From positions 372,001-436,000 of the forward strand of contig NC_000964.3 in the NCBI RefSeq assembly GCF_000009045.1: a stretch of DNA of 64,000 bases. Reading direction: 5' to 3'. How positions within the stretch are numbered: the first letter of the stretch is position 1; every line of letters starts with the position of its first letter. Below the pieces are notes generated by a model. The model did no database searches. It was not told the DNA's origin and worked only from the letters and a program-made list of their open reading frames with translations. This stretch comes from Bacillus subtilis subsp. subtilis str. 168. Its GTDB lineage: Bacteria; Bacillota; Bacilli; Bacillales; Bacillaceae. A program made the translations under genes and the position numbers. Of this stretch, positions 58,623-64,000 are shown piece by piece.

Positions 58623-59987
58623 TTAAGAGATCAGCACGCCCGCGAAAAATTCCTGGTATAACGCTTGAACGGCTTTTCTTTCTTCGGCTTCTTTTACGCC
58701 AAACATCATGCTCACTTCAGAAGACCCCTGATTGATCATTTCGATATTCACCTGTGCCTCTGATAATGCTTTGGCGGCTCTTGCCGTTGTACCGACATTG
58801 TGGCGCATCGCTTCCCCTACAACCATAATCAGGGCGAGATGATGCTCGACGATGACTTCATCGGCATGCAAATCCTCTTCGATCCGTTTGATGACGCTGC
58901 GTTCAGTGGCGGCATCCATTTGCCCCTGCCGTAAAATGATTGTCATGTCATCGATTCCCGATGGAACATGCTCATACGTCAAACCATGCTCCTCCAGGAT
59001 TTGAAGGGCTCTGCGGCCAAAACCGATTTCTCTGTTCATGAGATACTTGCTGATATAAATGCTGCAAAAACCGGTGTCGCTGGCAATGCCGACGACAGGC
59101 CCGTTTGTGTTATCCCGCTTGCTGACGACGCGGGTGCCTTCGGCTGAGGGGTTGTTCGTATTTTTGATCTGAACAGGAATCCCCGCTCTGAATGCCGGAA
59201 TGAGCGCTTCATCATGAAACACTGAAAAACCCGCGTAGGACAGCTCCCGCATCTCTCTATATGTCAGCTCGCTGATTTCCTTTGGATTCTCAACGAAGGA
59301 CGGATTGACAGAATACACAGCGTCTACGTCTGTAAAGTTTTCGTACAAATCGGCTTGTAGTCCGTTGGCAAGAATCGAACCGGTAATATCAGAACCGCTC
59401 CGTGAGAATGTGATCACATCGCCATCCTTGCTGAATCCGAAAAAACCGGGAAAAATGATGAGTCCGTCACGTTCCCGAAGACGATAGAGGTTTTGATAGG
59501 ATTCAGGAAGAACTTGCGCGTTGCCGGGTTCATTTGTCACAAAGAGGCCGGCATCCTTCGGGTTTACATATTCCGCTTTGACGCCTTTATAACGGAAGTA
59601 AGCGGCGATCAGTTTGGCATTGTTATCCTCTCCGCTGGCCTTGACTGCGTCAAGGTATTGTTCGGGATTGCTTTTGTCTCCTTCTAAAAGCGTAAACAGA
59701 TCATCTCTGATTTTTTCGATAATGCTTTGCCCCAGCTGAAGCTCATTGGCGATGAGAGCGTACCGTTCCACAACAGCTTCCGCCAGTTCAGGTGCGCTGC
59801 CTGTTGCCAAATATTGTTCTGCACATGCGATTAAGAGATCAGTCACTTTCGTATCCTCGGCATAGTGTTTTCCCGGAGCTGAAACGACTACAGCTTTCCG
59901 TGCCGGATCTGAGGTAACGATGTGAAACACCTTGTCAAGCTGGGCGCCTGAAGCAAGTGAGCTGCCTCCGAATTTAACGACCTTCAT
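58623..59987 (-). CDS. thrD: Aspartokinase III
   Basis: KFGGSS, VVVSAPG and FSRSGSD motifs plus ACT domains. Confidence 0.93.
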   Translation of the reverse strand: MKVVKFGGSSLASGAQLDKVFHIVTSDPARKAVVVSAPGKHYAEDTKVTDLLIACAEQYLATGSAPELAEAVVERYALIANELQLGQSIIEKIRDDLFTLLEGDKSNPEQYLDAVKASGEDNNAKLIAAYFRYKGVKAEYVNPKDAGLFVTNEPGNAQVLPESYQNLYRLRERDGLIIFPGFFGFSKDGDVITFSRSGSDITGSILANGLQADLYENFTDVDAVYSVNPSFVENPKEISELTYREMRELSYAGFSVFHDEALIPAFRAGIPVQIKNTNNPSAEGTRVVSKRDNTNGPVVGIASDTGFCSIYISKYLMNREIGFGRRALQILEEHGLTYEHVPSGIDDMTIILRQGQMDAATERSVIKRIEEDLHADEVIVEHHLALIMVVGEAMRHNVGTTARAAKALSEAQVNIEMINQGSSEVSMMFGVKEAEERKAVQALYQEFFAGVLIS

Positions 59988-60033
59988 GTTTACATCTCCT
60001 AATGTTTAAAATTTTCACACAAATTTAGTATTT

Positions 60034-60062
60034 ATTATCTCTCTTTCAGTACTGTAAATCAA
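60034..60062 (-). promoter_or_regulatory. SigA promoter of thrD
   Basis: TTGATT-N17-GATAAT. Confidence 0.6.
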
Positions 60063-60242
60063 GGGGGAATTTCTTTCTCAGGAGAACATTTGTATTTTTC
60101 ACGAGGAATAATGTTAGGTTTGCTGACCGTATGCCTGCGTTATAAAGATAAATATGGTAAACAGCCTAACGTTTTGGGATGGAAAATGGTTAGAATGATT
60201 AGTAAAATTGATAAATGACTAGGTTAATATTTTTAAAGAATA

Positions 60243-60270
60243 TTGACTAACCCTATAAAAATGGTAATAT
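60243..60270 (+). promoter_or_regulatory. SigA promoter of yclNOPQ
   Basis: TTGACT-N16-TAATAT with an extended TG. Confidence 0.65.
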
Positions 60271-60275
60271 GTAAA

Positions 60276-60295
60276 TGATAATGATAATCAATTAC
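60276..60295. promoter_or_regulatory. Fur box
   Basis: GATAATGATAATCAATTAC, 16/19 match to GATAATGATAATCATTATC, just downstream of the -10. Confidence 0.85.
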
Positions 60296-60371
60296 TATAT
60301 GGCCATATTGTTTTGAGTCCTTGCGGAGTAGGAGATACGTTCTTTTTGCTGTAAGGATGTAAGGAGGCAGC

Positions 60372-61322
60372 ATGAAGCTACGTTACTTATTTATTCTACT
60401 TATCATATTAGCAGTCACATCTGTATTTATCGGTGTAGAAGATCTGTCGCCGCTTGATCTCTTCGATTTAAGCAAACAAGAGGCGTCAACGCTGTTTGCA
60501 AGCCGTTTGCCGCGATTGATCAGCATTGTCATTGCGGGATTAAGCATGAGCATCTGCGGTTTGATTATGCAGCAGATCAGCAGAAATAAATTCGTGTCAC
60601 CGACGACGGCGGGCACGATGGATTGGGCGAGGCTCGGCATTTTAATTTCCTTGCTGCTGTTTACATCCGCCAGTCCTTTAATCAAAATGCTGGTCGCGTT
60701 TGTCTTTGCCCTTGCAGGAAATTTTCTGTTTATGAAAATCCTTGAAAGAATCAAGTTTAACGACACCATCTTTATTCCGCTTGTCGGTTTAATGCTCGGG
60801 AATATCGTCAGTTCAATCGCGACATTTATCGCATATAAATATGACTTGATCCAGAATGTGTCATCATGGCTGCAGGGAGACTTCTCTTTAGTCGTGAAAG
60901 GAAGATACGAGCTTCTTTATCTGAGTATTCCGCTCGTCATCATTGCCTATGTGTATGCGGATAAATTCACATTGGCCGGTATGGGTGAAAGCTTTTCTGT
61001 CAACCTCGGCCTCAAGTATAAACGGGTTGTGAACATCGGGCTCATTATCGTGTCCCTGATCACGTCTCTTGTCATTTTGACTGTCGGTATGCTGCCGTTT
61101 CTCGGTTTAATCATCCCGAATATTGTATCGATTTACAGAGGAGACAATCTGAAGAGCAGCCTGCCGCATACTGTGCTGTTGGGAGCGGTTTTTGTGCTGT
61201 TTTGCGATATACTGGGCAGAATCATTATCTTCCCTTATGAAATCTCGATTGGCCTGATGGTCGGAATCATCGGCAGCGGCATTTTCCTGTTTATGCTGTT
61301 AAGGAGAAAAGCCTATGCGTAA
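60372..61322 (+). CDS. yclN: Fe-siderophore (petrobactin) ABC permease
   Basis: FecCD family (SRLPRL, QQISRNKFVSPTTAG). Confidence 0.92.
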   Translation: MKLRYLFILLIILAVTSVFIGVEDLSPLDLFDLSKQEASTLFASRLPRLISIVIAGLSMSICGLIMQQISRNKFVSPTTAGTMDWARLGILISLLLFTSASPLIKMLVAFVFALAGNFLFMKILERIKFNDTIFIPLVGLMLGNIVSSIATFIAYKYDLIQNVSSWLQGDFSLVVKGRYELLYLSIPLVIIAYVYADKFTLAGMGESFSVNLGLKYKRVVNIGLIIVSLITSLVILTVGMLPFLGLIIPNIVSIYRGDNLKSSLPHTVLLGAVFVLFCDILGRIIIFPYEISIGLMVGIIGSGIFLFMLLRRKAYA

Positions 61323-62262
61323 CCAGATGAAAATAGCTTTGCTCGTTGGTTTAGCCATTGTATGTATTGGCTTGTTTTTGTTTTATGACTTAGGCAATTG
61401 GGATTACACCCTGCCGAGACGAATCAAAAAAGTCGCTGCCATTGTGCTGACTGGGGGAGCGATTGCGTTTTCGACCATGATCTTTCAAACGATTACGAAC
61501 AACCGCATCCTGACGCCGAGCATTTTGGGCCTTGATTCTCTCTACATGCTGATTCAGACTGGCATTATCTTTTTGTTCGGTTCTGCGAATATGGTCATCA
61601 TGAATAAAAACATCAACTTTATCATCTCTGTTCTGCTGATGATCCTGTTTTCTCTTGTTTTGTATCAGATCATGTTCAAGGGTGAGGGGAGAAATATCTT
61701 TTTCCTTCTGCTTATCGGAATCGTGTTTGGCACGCTGTTCAGCAGCCTGTCTTCTTTTATGCAGATGCTGATTGATCCGAACGAGTTCCAAGTTGTGCAG
61801 GACAAGATGTTTGCCAGCTTTAACAATATCAATACGGATTTGTTATGGCTCGCGTTCATCATCTTCCTGCTGACAGGCGTTTATGTCTGGCGTTTTACAA
61901 AATTTTTCGATGTGCTGTCGCTCGGACGCGAGCACGCCGTGAATTTGGGCATTGACTACGACAAAGTGGTGAAGCAGATGCTGATCGTGGTTGCGATTTT
62001 GGTTTCTGTTTCAACAGCGCTAGTCGGGCCGATTATGTTTTTAGGCCTTCTGGTCGTCAACCTGGCGAGAGAATTCCTGAAAACATATAAGCATTCATAC
62101 TTAATCGCAGGCTCCGTTTTCATCAGCATCATTGCGCTGGTCGGAGGGCAGTTTGTGGTTGAGAAAGTGTTTACCTTCTCAACGACGCTGAGCGTCATTA
62201 TTAATTTTGCCGGCGGGATTTATTTTATCTACTTGCTGTTAAAGGAGAATAAATCATGGTAG
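61315..62262 (+). CDS. yclO: Fe-siderophore ABC permease
   Basis: FecCD family (FQTITNNRILTPSILG). Confidence 0.92.
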   Translation: MRNQMKIALLVGLAIVCIGLFLFYDLGNWDYTLPRRIKKVAAIVLTGGAIAFSTMIFQTITNNRILTPSILGLDSLYMLIQTGIIFLFGSANMVIMNKNINFIISVLLMILFSLVLYQIMFKGEGRNIFFLLLIGIVFGTLFSSLSSFMQMLIDPNEFQVVQDKMFASFNNINTDLLWLAFIIFLLTGVYVWRFTKFFDVLSLGREHAVNLGIDYDKVVKQMLIVVAILVSVSTALVGPIMFLGLLVVNLAREFLKTYKHSYLIAGSVFISIIALVGGQFVVEKVFTFSTTLSVIINFAGGIYFIYLLLKENKSW

Positions 62263-63014
62263 AGGTCAGAAATGTAAGCAAACAATATGGCGGGAAAGTT
62301 GTTCTTGAAGAGACGTCAGTCACGATTCAAAAGGGCAAAATCACCTCGTTTATCGGTCCTAACGGCGCCGGCAAAAGTACGCTGCTGTCTATCATGAGCC
62401 GCCTGATCAAAAAGGATTCCGGCGAGATTTACATAGACGGACAAGAGATTGGAGCATGTGACAGCAAAGAGCTTGCCAAGAAAATGAGCATTTTGAAGCA
62501 GGCGAACCAAATCAATATCAGGCTCACGATCAAAGACCTCGTCAGTTTTGGCAGGTTTCCGTACTCACAGGGCCGGCTGACAGAGGAAGACTGGGTTCAT
62601 ATCAACCAGGCGCTTAGCTATATGAAGCTGGAAGACATTCAAGACAAATACTTGGATCAGCTGAGCGGCGGACAGTGCCAAAGGGCATTTATCGCCATGG
62701 TCATTGCCCAGGACACAGATTATATCTTTCTGGATGAACCGCTGAACAATCTGGATATGAAACACTCAGTTGAAATTATGAAACTGCTGAAACGGCTGGT
62801 AGAGGAGCTTGGAAAAACGATCGTGATCGTCATTCACGATATCAATTTTGCTTCAGTCTATTCTGACTATATCGTCGCTTTGAAAAACGGCCGAATCGTT
62901 AAAGAAGGACCGCCTGAAGAAATGATAGAAACATCAGTGCTTGAGGAAATCTACGATATGACCATCCCGATTCAGACGATTGATAATCAAAGAATAGGTG
63001 TTTATTTTTCTTAA
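62256..63014 (+). CDS. yclP: Fe-siderophore ABC ATPase
   Basis: GPNGAGKST, LSGGQ, LDEPLNNLD. Confidence 0.93.
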   Translation: MVEVRNVSKQYGGKVVLEETSVTIQKGKITSFIGPNGAGKSTLLSIMSRLIKKDSGEIYIDGQEIGACDSKELAKKMSILKQANQINIRLTIKDLVSFGRFPYSQGRLTEEDWVHINQALSYMKLEDIQDKYLDQLSGGQCQRAFIAMVIAQDTDYIFLDEPLNNLDMKHSVEIMKLLKRLVEELGKTIVIVIHDINFASVYSDYIVALKNGRIVKEGPPEEMIETSVLEEIYDMTIPIQTIDNQRIGVYFS

Positions 63015-63035
63015 TATATAGAAGAGGTGAGGAGC

Positions 63036-63989
63036 ATGAAAAAGTTCGCGTTACTATTCATCGCTTTGGTCACTGCCGTTGTCATTTCTGCATGCGGAAA
63101 CCAAAGCACAAGCAGCAAAGGTTCTGATACAAAGAAAGAACAAATCACAGTGAAACACCAGCTCGACAAAAACGGCACAAAAGTACCGAAGAACCCTAAA
63201 AAAGTTGTCGTATTTGACTTTGGAAGCTTAGATACATTAGATAAACTAGGACTTGATGATATAGTAGCGGGCCTGCCGAAACAAGTCCTTCCTAAATATC
63301 TGTCCAAATTCAAGGATGACAAATACGCTGATGTCGGCAGCTTAAAAGAGCCAGACTTCGACAAAGTGGCAGAATTAGATCCTGATCTGATCATTATTTC
63401 AGCAAGACAATCTGAGTCTTACAAAGAATTCTCTAAAATTGCGCCGACGATTTACCTTGGTGTAGATACAGCGAAGTACATGGAATCATTTAAATCAGAC
63501 GCTGAAACAATCGGTAAAATCTTTGATAAAGAAGACAAAGTGAAAGATGAGCTCGCAAACATTGATCACTCAATCGCAGATGTAAAGAAAACCGCTGAAA
63601 AGCTTAACAAAAACGGTCTCGTCATCATGGCGAACGATGGAAAAATCAGCGCGTTCGGCCCTAAATCAAGATACGGCCTGATCCATGACGTATTCGGCGT
63701 GGCTCCGGCTGATCAAAACATCAAAGCGTCTACGCACGGACAAAGTGTTTCTTACGAGTACATTTCAAAAACAAACCCTGATTACTTGTTTGTTATTGAC
63801 CGCGGTACAGCAATCGGAGAAACATCATCTACAAAACAAGTCGTGGAAAACGATTATGTGAAAAACGTAAACGCAGTGAAAAATGGTCATGTCATCTACC
63901 TTGATTCTGCTACTTGGTATTTATCAGGAGGCGGACTTGAGTCTATGACGCAAATGATTAAAGAAGTGAAAGACGGTTTAGAAAAGTAA
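63036..63989 (+). CDS. yclQ: Petrobactin-binding lipoprotein (317 aa)
   Basis: Lipobox ISAC; class III SBP (EPDFDKVAELDPDLII); start ATG 63036. Confidence 0.93.
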   Translation: MKKFALLFIALVTAVVISACGNQSTSSKGSDTKKEQITVKHQLDKNGTKVPKNPKKVVVFDFGSLDTLDKLGLDDIVAGLPKQVLPKYLSKFKDDKYADVGSLKEPDFDKVAELDPDLIIISARQSESYKEFSKIAPTIYLGVDTAKYMESFKSDAETIGKIFDKEDKVKDELANIDHSIADVKKTAEKLNKNGLVIMANDGKISAFGPKSRYGLIHDVFGVAPADQNIKASTHGQSVSYEYISKTNPDYLFVIDRGTAIGETSSTKQVVENDYVKNVNAVKNGHVIYLDSATWYLSGGGLESMTQMIKEVKDGLEK

Positions 63990-64000
63990 AACCAAAAAGA

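Noticed and set aside
60111-60218. 35-aa sORF (MLGLLTVCLRYKDKYGKQ...) in the thrD-yclN gap
   Set aside because: GAGGA is only 3 nt from the ATG, there is no upstream promoter candidate and no family resemblance

Overview
This is a well-studied stretch of a Bacillus subtilis chromosome. The frameshifted sfp0 allele points to the strain 168 lineage. From memory the window is about 372-436 kb of NC_000964.3; confirm by BLAST. Gene order: nin (partial), nucA, tlpC, hxlBA/hxlR, the surfactin operon srfAA-srfAB(comS)-srfAC-srfAD, ycxA-D, sfp0, yczE, a ~195-bp palindromic intergenic element, tcyCBA, bsdA/bsdBCD-yclD, yclE, dtpT, yclG, yczF, gerKA-KC-KB, yclHI/yclJK, rapC-phrC, the tiny genes yczM/yczN, thrD, and the Fur-controlled yclNOPQ. 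I saw no rRNA, tRNA, CRISPR array, prophage or transposase. Most content is known, and gene names come from my recognition of the proteins, not from a search. The best leads are: (1) the non-coding element between yczE and tcyC with nested inverted repeats; (2) YclD as a possible prFMN maturation/handling factor of the Bsd decarboxylase; (3) a 2-kb near-identical direct repeat in srfAA/srfAB whose recombination would give an in-frame 4-module NRPS and delete or duplicate comS; (4) open +1 'shadow' frames at the other T-C junctions that suggest how comS arose by overprinting; (5) uncharacterised modules ycxC/ycxD, yclG, yclHI/JK and yczM/N. All coordinates were counted by hand and may be off by a few bases for non-coding features.
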